A stretch of 61,352 nt of DNA, counting the filler, from Gonapodya sp. JEL0774 (Eukaryota), in the NCBI GenBank assembly GCA_027604505.1. It is 10 parts of 10 records of this genome, joined end to end, with 100 filler letters (N's around TTAATTAATTAA, not from the genome) between each part and the next. Parts side by side here need not be neighbours in the genome. Positions count along the whole stretch, not along the records: positions 24,669 to 30,711 come from JADIIX010000635.1; positions 30,812 to 36,853 come from JADIIX010000636.1; positions 36,954 to 42,985 come from JADIIX010000637.1; 7 more parts are not named here. The stretch is one strand, 5' to 3'. Below the pieces are notes generated by a model that did not search any database, was not told the origin of the DNA, and saw only the letters and a list, made by a program, of their open reading frames with translations. Below are positions 24,669 through 37,181 of this stretch, in pieces (position 1 is the stretch's first letter; each line of letters starts with the position of its first letter). Both the position numbers and the translations under genes were made by a program.

Positions 24669-27539
24669 TAATGGAAAGGAACAAGAATTCAACCAAGAAG
24701 TTGGACACAATGTAGAAAAACTTGTTATAGTATCCGGCGGATCTAGCGAACGCGGTCAATTTTGGACGGTCATATTCGCGTCTCCGTCGTGAGACTTACT
24801 CCTCGTGGTAGTATTGTTTCCGAGTTTCCAACCCTGATTGATCGAATATGTAAGTGATGGAGCTTCAAGACCGACATTTTAGTCTATTTTCTTCGCCAAC
24901 TCACAGTACGAAATTGCAGCAGATCCAAATCCAGGAGTCATAAGCTTGAGGGCATACAGCTCGGAAATCCTTTTTGGAGACAAACGGAAACGAACCCGAG
25001 AGTTACAGCAGCGCACGCAAAGAACGAACGCTCCTCGGCGTTATCCACTTCGCAGGCGCGGGCACCCTGCCACTCACTTTCCACTCGCACCACCGTACGA
25101 CCTATCCATCCTGAAGAAGGCGAACCCGAAAAACAGCGACACAGCCAGCGCGCCAAACAGCCTGGACGAGCTCATAACCGGGTTGCGGATGTAGATGCGA
25201 GTCTGGCGGAGGAGGAGCTGGTGGATCTGTGTGAGGCCCGACGATTGCTGGTAAAAGCCCAGGGAGTCGCGCCATGTGTAAGGCTCGTCGATGTCGATGG
25301 CAGGGTACTTCAAGATGGAGCCTTGCCCGCTGTGGATAGCTGGCGGTTGGACACATGACGGGATCGAAATGTCGGGTGGGTATATCAGTTCAGAATGGGT
25401 TAATCAGAATATTGAGCGGAGATAACACGATACCAAGACAGATGCAACAACGTACCGTCCACTGCCTTGTCCACAAAGCCCTTCTCGGGACTTTTCTCCC
25501 AGGCCTCGATGAGCCTTTCCGGGTTGGCAGCCTGTTGATCGTACGAAAGCACGGAAATCAAAAATACGGACCCAATCAGTACACATCGATCTCATCTGTC
25601 TTGACGTTCCATCCCAGCAAATCTTTTACACTCCACCACCACCCACCTGCGCATCCGCGTAAATCTCCGCGGGGTTCCCGTGCACCGGGATACCCAACGT
25701 CTGCTCAAAGTACGCGATGGCGTCGGCGGTCTTCCCAAAGTAGCACATGCGGCCGTTGGCGAGCAAGAGGAGGTTGTCGAACTGGCGGAGGATGGTGTAC
25801 GAGGGTTGGTGGATGGTGGCCACTGGGATTGGGAGGCAGGAGAAGTGAGTGGATCAGGAGGGTTCGTTGGTGAGAGAGTGGAACATAATGCACAGGGAGG
25901 TAAACGGAACGTACCGCAAGCGAGTTTCCGAAGCTTGACGACCTCGAGTGTGTTCTCGATAACTTCTCGTCCGGTGTTTGAGTCGAGACCGGTAGTCTAT
26001 ACGATGAGCGATGTACACTCCGTTCAGCACCGTTTCGACCCTCTTCCTCATGTTCACCCCCCCAACCACCACAACATTCATCCCGCACGAATGATAAAAC
26101 TACCCACCGGCTCGTCCAAAAACACCACCGCGGCCACCGGCAACAGTTCCACGGCGACGTTGACGCGTTTACGTTCTCCCGTGCTGAGACCTCGGACGAA
26201 CGCGGATCCGATACGGTTGTTTTCAATGTAGGTGAGTTTCATGATGGAGAGGGTGTCGTCGATCTGGAGTGCGGAGTGGGGATAAAGGTTGGGGTGGGGT
26301 GGGTAGGCGTGGGTGGGACGGTGAGTTCGTGGGAGGGGAGAATGGAGAGGATAGATGCAATGACATGCGGCGAAGACATCAACAAAAGGCAATAAAGAAG
26401 ATGCAGCGCTAAATAAAACGTACACGAGCTTGTCTCTGCTCGGGCGTCCAGTCGGCTGGCAGTCTCAGCGCGGCGCAAAACTCGAGCGCTTCACGGACCG
26501 TGAGTTCGGGGGGCAACAAGTCGTCGCTCGTGACTGGCGAGCCGAGAATGAGAAATCAGGAAGAAGAAGATCAGGGAAACGAATGTAGTGATTATCGAGG
26601 GTAGTGAGCGGAATGGAGTAGATGCAAGGTGACGATGAGCAACGGGGTGAAGGTGTTGTGAGGGCGGTTGATTCAACGTACCGTATCCGTTGTGCTTGAC
26701 GAAGTTGCGTTGAGTGAGTTTTTCGCCGCTGTGGAGTTCATCAATCAATTCAGGGATATGCGAGGACGGTCAATCACACATGTCAAAGCCTCTCGTCATC
26801 CACTCAAAAATGGACCGATCCCGCGTAATCCACCGCAACTCACTTGAGCATCACGTCCTGTGTGAACCGGCCCGTGGTCTTGCGGTACGAGAGGATGTCG
26901 AGCAAGGTGGATTTGCCGGCACCAGAGGGGCCCATGATGGCCAGACTCTCACCGGGCTGGTGACAATGACGTGAGATGGGTGACAGGTGGGTATGTGGAG
27001 GGGAGGAGCGCAGAAGGAAGAAGTGGTTGGGAAAACGTGAGTGAGAGAGAGAACGTAACGCAAACGGACTTTTACGATCCCAGTGCGAATACAAGCGCAG
27101 TCTCTTGAATGGTAAAACAAACCTTGCAGTATCCCGATGCCCCCAAGAGGAGCTGCTTGTCAACGCCCTTGACGGGGAGGACGCAGCTGACGTCGCGGAA
27201 GGAGAAGAAGGCTGGGCGGAGTTCGGACTCGTCCTTGACGGCTGGTGATGTTCAAAGTGGGTGAGTTGTAGTAGGAGATACATGTTCGAGGAGAGTGAAA
27301 CCAATGAGTCTTGGGCACGCCACAGGAATGACCAGTCACGCTTTGTCGCCGTGATTCGTCTTTCCGCTCTGCAGACGAAGAACGAGATTTTTTGGAATCT
27401 CACCCCATGATCCCATCCTGACGACCCTCTTCTGCCCGAGTACAGGCGCGCCCGTGCCAGCTGCCTCGGCAGCCGGTGCCACGTCCGAGTCCGCGACGTT
27501 GGCCATGAGTTTCTGAGTGGGTTCTACGGAAGAGTCCAT
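24669..27539 (-). CDS. ABCG-family (White-like) ABC transporter, multi-exon, 3' truncated
   Basis: Walker A GPSGAGKSTLLDIL, signature LSTGERKR, Walker B VVFLDEP, H-loop ATIHQPS, then the membrane domain start QIHQLLLRQTRIYIRNP. Confidence 0.92.
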
Positions 27540-30500
27540 TGTTGTGGTGATGATGGAGGTTCCCGGATCACGATTCTATTCGAGTATGGAGAATTACGTG
27601 GCGCGGGGTGTCCGGGGGAACAGACGGAGCGGGCGAGCAAGAGAAAATCGCGGGGAAAGTGGCGATGGACGATTCGGTTTTCCGAAGGACGATTGAAGAG
27701 TTTGGATGATTCGGATGGGAGACAGAATTTCGGAAAGCGCGATGGGGAGACATGGACGATTGAAGAACACGTGTGCGGGGCATCCGAGACGGGGCACGAT
27801 CAATCAACACGAGGGTCCCACTCTGTACCAGACCCAAAGGCGCCAGGCCGCTCACCTTTTCCGGCGATGTCTCCAACGTGCAGAAATTCACCAACGGGGG
27901 ACACGGAACAGGAATCGAAATGCTGCGCCCCTGTTATCTGAACAGCGGTTCAAATCGTTTTGGAGCGCCCAGGTCTTCCGAGCCCGCGGGTGATCGAACC
28001 GACACCCAAATTCGAAAAAATACAGCACGATAAGTCATAACAATCACGAGCTTCAACAACTCCTTCTGGCTACGAGTGAAAATCGACGGTCGTGATTGGA
28101 TTTTTCTGATAACGCGGCTCCCCCACATCGGAAATTCCTTCCGACGGGCTTTCAAGGCAGCAGGGGTGGGGGGCAAGGTTTTGAGGCAGCTTCTCCGATC
28201 AGAAAAAAGGAATGTATATTCCAAATATGACAACGAGGTGGACGAGAGAGCGAACACAGCGATTTAATGAGTCGGTTGTCACTGGCCGCCCTCGCGCCAG
28301 TTTCTGTTTCCCCTGCCGGTCCTCCACGTTTGGGTTTCGAAAGGCTTGGCGGCACTCGAGGTCAGCAAGAGCCGCCGTCCAGCCAAACACTATATGTCAT
28401 CATCGATCGCTCCATGATTACAAAACTGGCGCGTGTTGAGTGTTCCGCATAACATTCACATCAGATGCGAAGAAACTTCCCATTTCCATCAAAGACGTAC
28501 CAGCGCGGAACTATAGCAAACGCCCGGGGTTTGTGCGACCCACCGAGTCAGTATTAGAGTAATAGTAGTACTATTCTGTGAGGTGAACAATGTACGGTGG
28601 CGAGGTGTCCACCATTTTGGAGATGTTCTGCTAGGTCCGCGACAGCCCCAGGTTGGCAGGGGAGTACTGTCAACACATTCAGGATGGAAGCGAATAATGA
28701 AGCTCTGTGCCGGTGACAAAAGAGGACGATGACGAAGTTGAAAATCCAGAGAACGTGTGTTGCGGGACTGCCTGGAACCACACTACCTCTGGTGTTGTGT
28801 CGTTCTCCCGTCTCAAGGCCACAACCGATCCCCTCCCCAACCCACATTTAACCAACGCCATCTTGCTTGGTCATATTGGTTCACTCCCGCATATTCGGGA
28901 CTTTCATCCCTCTTTCGTTCGGTCCCAGTCTCTTCAACTCAACTTTCGTCATCCCACCCCCTGAAACCACTTCAATCCGCGCAACACAATCACCGATCCA
29001 GCTCACTGTTCAACATGCCAACGCATCAAATGAAAATGCGAAGTGAAACGTGTGGAAAATGTGGCTGTCGACCGTCCGTCGGCGGGATGTGTGGGCAGTG
29101 GTGAGTGTGTACTGGGCCGGACGGGGAGGATAGAAGGTAACCGAATGGCAAGAACGTCGAACGCTGCTCGTTAAGGGACAGGTGGATTGAGAGTATGTAT
29201 TATTTCGTCTCGCGCTCTTCCGATGGTTTCTCTGACCTTCGTCATCGCAGCTCTCAGATGAAACCTTACTCCTTCCTCCGGTACGAAACCAACCGCCCTC
29301 GATGACGGAAATCACGCCAATCTCATCATCAGTGGCGTCGGTGTGAGTTGGCTGGACTGCTTGATGTGGACCTGGGATCTCGAGGAGGTGAGTGGGGTGC
29401 AAAACGTCGTCTGTCGTCTTCTCTTGTACCCACCGCCGCATCATCCTCCTAACGCATTCGTATGTGCATTCTTTGGTATGTGCTTTTCTCTTGTGAGCTG
29501 TTGATTTCACCAAGCCGGACTCGTCTCATTCAATTCTCAGCCGTCGCCCTACCTTCCGGCACCTTGACCAGGAGAGTCATCAATTATCACGAAAATGAGT
29601 TCCTCCTCCTCGGTAAGTGCATTTGTTTGTATTCATGGTCTTGACTACACTCCTCACACTCTGTCTTCTGCCCCATTTCATGCCCCTCGGGCATTCGTAG
29701 CATTCCCACGTCCGACGCTTTTCAACCACCAACCTGTCTCCAAACCTACTCCGCTGTAATGAGTCCGCCAAGCATGTACGTATTCTTTAGCTTCGCGTTC
29801 GTTGCTTCCACTCATGTTTTACAATTCGCCTTCGCTTCCCGAACACTCCCCCCACCTCCCTTACCGCATACGAGCCCTCAATCAACTTTCATCTTCACCG
29901 AACATTACTTCGTTTCACGTGGTCTGGTGGGTACTAGATCGAGGAGGTGGTGAAGTTGGGGCTCGACACTGATTGGTGAAGCCATTGGGTAGAAGACTCT
30001 GGACGAGCCGGATATCCAGCGCTTCAGCCGCCTCGATGAGTGGAATGTCTTTTTCGACCGACATTGCTGAATGAATTTGTTGATCAGGGTCGCTGCTGTC
30101 ATGAAAAAAGTACCAATAGAGTCTCCTAAACAATGTATGATGTACATTCCAGATTGCTCATCTTGCGCATATATCCGGGAATAAAACACTCTGGGACGAA
30201 ATACACACTGAGATCGAGAGGATGATGGAAAGTCATGTTGGAAAGCCCAGCAGATTCGTCGAAATAAAGGTCCTCGTATCGACAGGCCACGCTCTTGCCG
30301 GAACATTCTTTTGATGATATACAGGTGGATCTGGATGCTCAATATTATCTCAGAGAACAGTGGCGCCAATTGAACGGTCGCTCAGACTTCCTAGTGAAAC
30401 TATCGTTCTTATTTGATCTCTTCTTGCCTGTGATCGTCTTCAATCACAATCGATGACAACTTAATACTAAAACGCCTCTTTGTACCAGTCGTCGTATGGG

Positions 30501-30811
30501 TGATCCACGCATTTCTTTCCACCGTTCTTACCGACGTGTGCACAGTGAATTTCAGGGCGGAAAGCCTAAGGTGGGCGTTGGCGAGCGCCTAAATTGAGGA
30601 TAATCGGAGATTTTCAGTTACAAAAGACATACATACCGTGAGAGTAACGTGCACTGTTCGGCATGCGAGGTTGTTCTGATTTGCCCGATCGAATGATCCA
30701 CGTGGTATGGANNNNNNNNNNNNNNNNNNNNNNNNNNNNNNNNNNNNNNNNNNNNTTAATTAATTAANNNNNNNNNNNNNNNNNNNNNNNNNNNNNNNNN
30801 NNNNNNNNNNN

Positions 30812-33800
30812 CGCTCCCGACTCCCACATCCCCAAGTCTCTCCCCCGCCACTTCACCTTCTTCCCTTTCTTCCCCCTCAGACCACTCTGCGGCATATTTC
30901 CAACCATACTCCCGATCCCGCTCCACAGGCCGCATTGTCAATCCCAAATCCACTCTCGCTGCGCACCCTCCCCACTCCCCGCAACTCTCGCACTCTGTCC
31001 TCGCCCACCACTCGTCCCGCGACTCCCTCTCATCCACAACCTCGAACAATCCAGACAGATCTCCGCGCTCCAACTCCCGCCGTGCCAGGCCCGAGTCCAC
31101 AGCCGCGCAGCTGCACACCCCCTCCTCGGTGCCCATCCCGCTCACACACTTTGACTCCGCGTCGGCGGGCGTGTCCCCTGCTGCCGCACCGCTCACTTCA
31201 TCCCCTTCCTCCGCATCATCCTCCTCCCGCACCCGCCACCGCCGGCACGACTCGTCGGGAAGGGGCAGCGGATCTCACGGGTCCGATCCTTCGTCCCTGA
31301 CCACCTCCTCGACCGACTCTCGCCGCCGATCCAAATCGAACATGTCACCTGCTCGCTCGCCTGCCCGCCCTGCAACTACGCGGCGTACTCACTCGCCATC
31401 CACACCACCGTCCTCGAACCTCCTCGCACTGCCCACCCCAAACACCCCCGTACCCCTGTCCCCGCCCACGGCACTCGCGTCCCCTCCATCATCTCCCGAT
31501 CCGATAGAACCTGCGCCCTTGCCGATGGCCACGGTGGAACGGAGGGTGTCCAAGCACGGCAGGTCCTGGTCCACACCGGCAGGCGCCGATGTCGTGGTGG
31601 ACAGGGACAGGAGAAGAGATCGGGATAGAGACAGAGACCCGCTCAACTCGTCTTCGGGCTCGGGATCGTCAAGTTACCTCGTGTCCAACATGTCGGCCGC
31701 AAAGCGGACTGCCTCTGTCCCCGGTACCCCGTCCGGTCCGAGCTCGAGGACCGACCACCCCAACCCCCGCACCTCGTGGGCCTCCACGTCGACCGCCGCC
31801 ACGATTGTCTCCTCTCCACCCAACACCACCTCTACCGGCGCCTCCACACCCACCACCCCGACGACACCCATCCCTCGCCGTACCACCTCGACCCGCTCCC
31901 ACTCCGCGTCTCTCCTCTCTTCCCACTCACTCACCTCGGTCGCCACCACGGCTTCCTCAGCAGTGTCGACTGGATCGTCGTCGTCGGGCGTGTCCTACAC
32001 AGAGACTATAACTGGCGCAGGGTTTCCAGCCGCGGCTCATGTGGTCACGATCGCGGCGGCTGCGGCGGCGGCGACCGCAATGGGACGGCCTGTGTCGATC
32101 GTGTCGTCGTCGACGGTGTCGGCTGGTGGAGGCGGGGGGTCGGCCTCGACACCCCAGCTCAGTAGTTTGGCGCAGGTGGCACTCGCGCAGATGGCCCATA
32201 TGGCGGGCAGTGATACGGAGTCGGGGACCACCACAACGGACGATGACGACGATGAGGACGAGCTGGCGAGGGTGGACAATCTCACACCGGCACCGACGAC
32301 TGCGCCGACACCAACTCCGCCGGCGCCAACTCCGACACCCACCCTCCAGCGCACTACCATACTCGCGTCTCTCCTCCACAAACTCGAACGGCGCAAGTCC
32401 AACGAGTCGCTCGCCTCGGCGGCCTCGGCGCCTACTCCGACACCGGGAACTCCGGCAACACCCTTCCCTGGCCTCGCAGTGGGTCACGCTTCGTCGGCGG
32501 CGTCAGTACTGGTCGGGGGCGGGGCGAGGGATGGGAAGCACGCGGGCGGTGGAGGTGGCGGGGAAGAGAGAGGGAGGACCACGTACCGAGCAGCGACGTT
32601 TTTTGGGTTCGGGGTGGGCGGTGGAGGTGGAAACGGTGCGGCGGCTGGGAAACCCACTCAACGGGCCCGGGGTCTCTCGGGGTCCAGTACTGCGTCGGGT
32701 ACCGGTACCCTGGGCGCACTGTCACCCACAGCAGGTCACGGTCCCGGCGGTGCCAAACTGCCCTCGCCGTCCCCCTCCCGCGCATCGGCGCATGTGAAGC
32801 AGCCGTCGCCGTCTCCATCGCGGACGTCCACATCCACCGCGCCGACGACCCTCGGGGGAACGGCGACGGCCCCGGAACCGGCCCCGGTGCAGAGACGCAC
32901 CGGGTCCCCGCAGAACCACAACAAGAGGTTCAGCATGGTCCGGGCGAGTACTGGGACTGTGGGACTGGGTGTGTCCACTTTGAACCGCATGTCGGTGGCC
33001 ATGACGATGGGGTTCGGGGCGCTTGGTGGGACGGTAGCGGCGGAGAAGGGTGCGGGTGGGGTCGGAGATTTGGAAGGACCGGGCGATATGGGGGACACGA
33101 AGCCGCGTCCGAGAGTCAGCGATGGGGAGAGGAGTGTGGAGGGGGATGCTGGAGTAGACATGGGACGGACTGGGTCGGAAGGGTCCGGAGGGTCGAACGG
33201 ACAGGCAGCTGGAACGCGATCGGCAACACCTGCGCCGCCCGCAGCAGCCTACGCCTCCACCTCCACCGACTCCACGCCACCAAAACCAAACTTCCTCGAG
33301 CGGACGTTCGCGAAGTTGACTGGACGGAAGCAGAGCAAGAAGAGGGGAGCCGGGAGTAACGGCAGTGTGAACATGATGGAGGAGGACGGTGTGGGGGAGA
33401 GGAACGGGGTGGTAGGAAGTAAGGTGAACGCAACGGGGAATGGGTATGGGGGTGGTCATGGTGTGGTTGGGGACAAGGGGGGTTTTCTGGTGGACGATGG
33501 TATGTGCATGCGGGTTCTTGTGGTACCAACGGCAGATTTCGGAGGTGCTCATTGTTTCCCACTTTTCATTTCTTTGTTCCGATATTGTTCTCTTATCTAC
33601 TCTCACCCGGACGACGGCGACCATCCTCTGCTCCACTGTTCCGTTTATCAGGCCCGATCGCCCTTCTTCCCCTTCCTTCACTGGGTTCGTCGCTCTTGGG
33701 ATTCGTGGCAGAGTCTGAGTCGAGCAAGGAGGGTGGAGGGCTTGGGCTTATGGACGGTGTGTTGGCGATCATGGATAAGAAGGAGGAGGTGCCGGAGAAG

Positions 33801-36800
33801 GTGCTGGAGAAAGGGGAAGAAAAGGAAGCAAATGACGGGAAGAAGGAGGGAGGAGAGGAAAAGGCGGATAAAGCGGACGAGGTGGCGGGTGCAGCGACTG
33901 GTGAGTTCCCCATCGTCGGTTTGGGCACCGATTCGTGACATTCACCCCCTAGCGATACGTTCCGTTTCCAAAGCCCCTCCCACATCACCTCCGCGCGAGC
34001 CGAGCCCTGCCCGGTCCATCTTTTCTCTCTCGCTCCCTCGTTCCCGTGACCCCTCCCCAACCGGCAACACCAACTCCTTCTGGCCACGTCTGGTCCGCGC
34101 CGCCACATCACCGGCTGGATCCTCACCGAGCGGCGCTGTCTCCCCGCCTGCAAGTCTTGCCACCAAGAGGGACCCGAGTCCGGTCGCTAGTCAGGCCAGT
34201 TCGGTCGTCACGGCTGCGTCGGCGTCCGGAGGCGGAGGCACGCAGCCAGCGGGACCGACGAGTCCCCAACAGCAGAGGCGGGCAAGTCCGGTGCGCGGTG
34301 GTATCGCGGGATCCATTCGGAACCCGAGCCCGGTTCGGGCAAACACGATGACAGGGTCGCCTGGTCCAGTGAGGAATCCGAGCCCATCTCGAGCGGGGAC
34401 CATCACGGCGGCCATTGCTGGGGCGATTGGGTTGAGGGCTCCCGTGAGCGCGGTGCAGTTGAGACCGACGGTGGTGGTTGGTGCGGCTGCGAGTGACAAG
34501 GAGGTAAAGGAAAAGGATAAAGAGGGCAAGGACAAGATGGCGATACCGGTTATCGCAACAAGTGCATTAGTGGACGGTGCGGTGGCACCTGTCATTGCTG
34601 GAGCAGGTGCAGCCAACGCAACTCCGGTTCCTATCGCAGCTCCTTCCGTGGTATCTCCCATGATGCACAACCCCTTCTATACTGGTCCAACCTCGATGCC
34701 TATGATGGCCATGCAGTTGACTCAGCAACAGCAATTCGTCCAGCAACAGTTTGCTCAGGCCCCATTTCCCTTGTCGCCGCAGTTTGCGCCGAGCCAGCAC
34801 GGATGGACAACTGCAAACTCTTTCGGGCAGGTCTCAGGGCAAGCTACTGCGCCGATTGCAACACCATTCGGGATGGTCGATGTGCGAGGTCCATATGGGT
34901 ACGGGCACATGCAGCCAACCATGATGCCCACGATCGACGTGAAAGGACCGCCAACGACAACTTCGGAAGCAGTGGACGCAAAGGGTGCTTTTGGCGGTGC
35001 AGCAGTGGAGCAACAGCTGGTTGCGATTGCAGTTGCAGCCCCGCAACAGCAACGACCCCAAGCGCAGTTGTACCCGAAACCGATCGCGCCGGGCCCAGTC
35101 AGTGTAGCGCCGTCTGCCGCACCAGAGCCGTTGCCGCTAACTCTGCCGATCCTGACATCACCCACGGACGCACCCCGGGCGCCCTTAGGGCCGAGAGCGT
35201 TTAGTGTGATGCCAGTAGCGCCTGCAGAAGGTTTGGAAATCGCGAGTCCCATGTTGGCCGCCGCCGTGGCGAGAGTGGAAGCGTATCAGCCTCAACCCCC
35301 ACCTCGCCGATTCGCCAACAGATCTGTGAAGGACAGGGATCGCACCCCTGGGTCACGGAACTCGAGTCCAGCGGGATCGGTGGGAGGTCGCAATGGAAGT
35401 CCCGGAAGGGGGGTACCGAGCGTGGAGAACGTGGGCAGTAGAGAGATGAATGTCGGCGGAAGGCCAACGAGTGTGAGAGTTTTTGTGAGGAGTGGTGTTG
35501 ACGAGGAGCAGCCAAAAGGTTCTAGTGGGCAGCGAGATAAGGTGTGTTTCGAACGCGGGGTTGATCTTGGTGGAACTCTCGCAGAACTTATATTCAATTC
35601 TCCACTCTCTTTCCTTTCATGTTTAGTCTGTCACCCCTACTTCGGCATTTCCGCCTGTCCTGGCAGCTCCGATTCACCCTCGCACGCCACTCCCGCCGTC
35701 ACTACCATCGCCCTCAACGTCCTCTCGTATTCTTCTGGACGTCTCGGACGACGAAGAAGGCTGGGTTAGCGAGTACTCTGCGTCATCGTCGGACGAGTTG
35801 GCAAGCAGTATCAGTGGAAGTATCAGCACAAGCGGCGGGAGCAGCGTGGATAAGGTGGCAGTGTCTGCATCACAGAAGGCGAGGAAACCAAAGTGGGAGA
35901 AGGTGCCGTACAAGGTTCCGACCACTACTAGAAGCTTGCAACAGCCGCAGTCAAAGACTCCGGTTTCTGTGGATGGATCAAAGCAAGAAGCAGTATCCAC
36001 AAACCGTTCGGCCTCACAGGCTGTGCTACCATCACAAGTAGAGAAGTCGACGCCAGTACCTGCGCAACCAGCCGGCGGCTCGAAATCCACGTTACCTGTT
36101 GTGCAAGAATCGGTGAAGACATCCCGATCCTCTACGTCAGCAACGACAGCAGTTCTTTCCCAGTCAGACACTGAGTCCAGAAAGCCCGCCGAAGAACCCT
36201 CTCGGACCCCAGCCCTCCAACGACGCCGAGCTATTTCTCGCTCGGGGACCGATCCCTCCATACCTATCACTCCAGCGCCGCTTTCTCCCAAGGCGACTCA
36301 AATCGCAAACCGTTCCCGGGCCCAGTCTATGCCGAGACCCGTCATCAAAGGCAGTGACCCTGAGCGCGCCAGAGCGAGAAGTCTTGGTCCTGATGGAAAG
36401 AGGTTATCTGTTCGGTTTGATTTGCCTGAGACATCCTCCTCGGAAAGTGATCAAGACAGCGAGCGGGAAAGTGACGGGGAGAGTGAGCAGGAGATCGATG
36501 AGGAGAGTGAAGAGGAGAGAGAGCGGCAGCAAGAAAGAAAGGGCAGACTGCCACCTAGTTCATCGGCGACTGGAATCTCGCAAATGACTCCTCCTCAGAC
36601 TGTGGATACTGTTGCCGTGCCGCTGCTACGTCTAGATTCAAAGGATTCATCGAGGAACGTACCTAACGCGGTCAAACCAGTGGAAGACGAAGAGGAAACC
36701 TTCGTCTCAACTTCTCGGATTCTCGCAGAGTACCACGATGATGTTCTGGTACCAGTGCCAGCTGCTTCGAGAAGCTTTGTGGACAAAGAAGTTACCTCCA

Positions 36801-36853
36801 CACAATCTGCAGAGTCGGACAGGAGATTCGACAGCTTGCCCCGGCCCAAACCA
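30812..36853 (+). CDS. Large Ser/Pro/Ala/Gly-rich low-complexity protein of unknown function, open at the 3' contig end
   Basis: Long open frames 31129-35769 and 35798 onward, with probable introns near 33500-33651, 33901-33952 and 35542-35625. No recognisable globular domain. Confidence 0.6.
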
Positions 36854-36963
36854 NNNNNNNNNNNNNNNNNNNNNNNNNNNNNNNNNNNNNNNNNNNNTTA
36901 ATTAATTAANNNNNNNNNNNNNNNNNNNNNNNNNNNNNNNNNNNNNNNNNNNNCAAATGTCGA

Positions 36964-37135
36964 ATCCCACCTCATCCCATCCCATCCCGTATGAGTTTTC
37001 GAAAAGTTTCAGAATCTCCCACCCCCATCCCCATCCCCATCCTCATCCCCATCCCCATCCCCATCCTATAAGAGTTTTCGAAAAGTTTCACAATCTTTAT
37101 CACATCTTAAAAGACTTGTTATAGTTTCAGAATCT
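36964..37135 (+). repeat. (CCCCAT)n arrays alternating with direct repeats of GAGTTTTCGAAAAGTTTCASAATCT
   Basis: Box copies at 36993-37017 and 37072-37096, partial copy at 37123-37135. Full copies contain the palindrome TTTTCGAAAA. CCCAT/CCCCAT arrays at about 36964-36988 and 37022-37067. Confidence 0.9.
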
Positions 37136-37181
37136 CTGTCAGCATTGCACTTTTTATTTTCTTTCTCCCTTTCTACACATC

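Noticed and set aside
26160..26200. ABC signature LSTGE instead of LSGGE
   Set aside because: A minor variant of the signature; the other NBD motifs are intact.
29915..30133. Ankyrin-like fragment PLIEAAEALDIRLVQSLL
   Set aside because: A single degenerate repeat with no supportable gene model.
31129..35769. 1546-aa single-exon ORF
   Set aside because: It reads through probable introns (around 33500-33651 and 33901-33952) with an out-of-frame exon between them. GC-rich low complexity also explains the many overlapping antisense ORFs.
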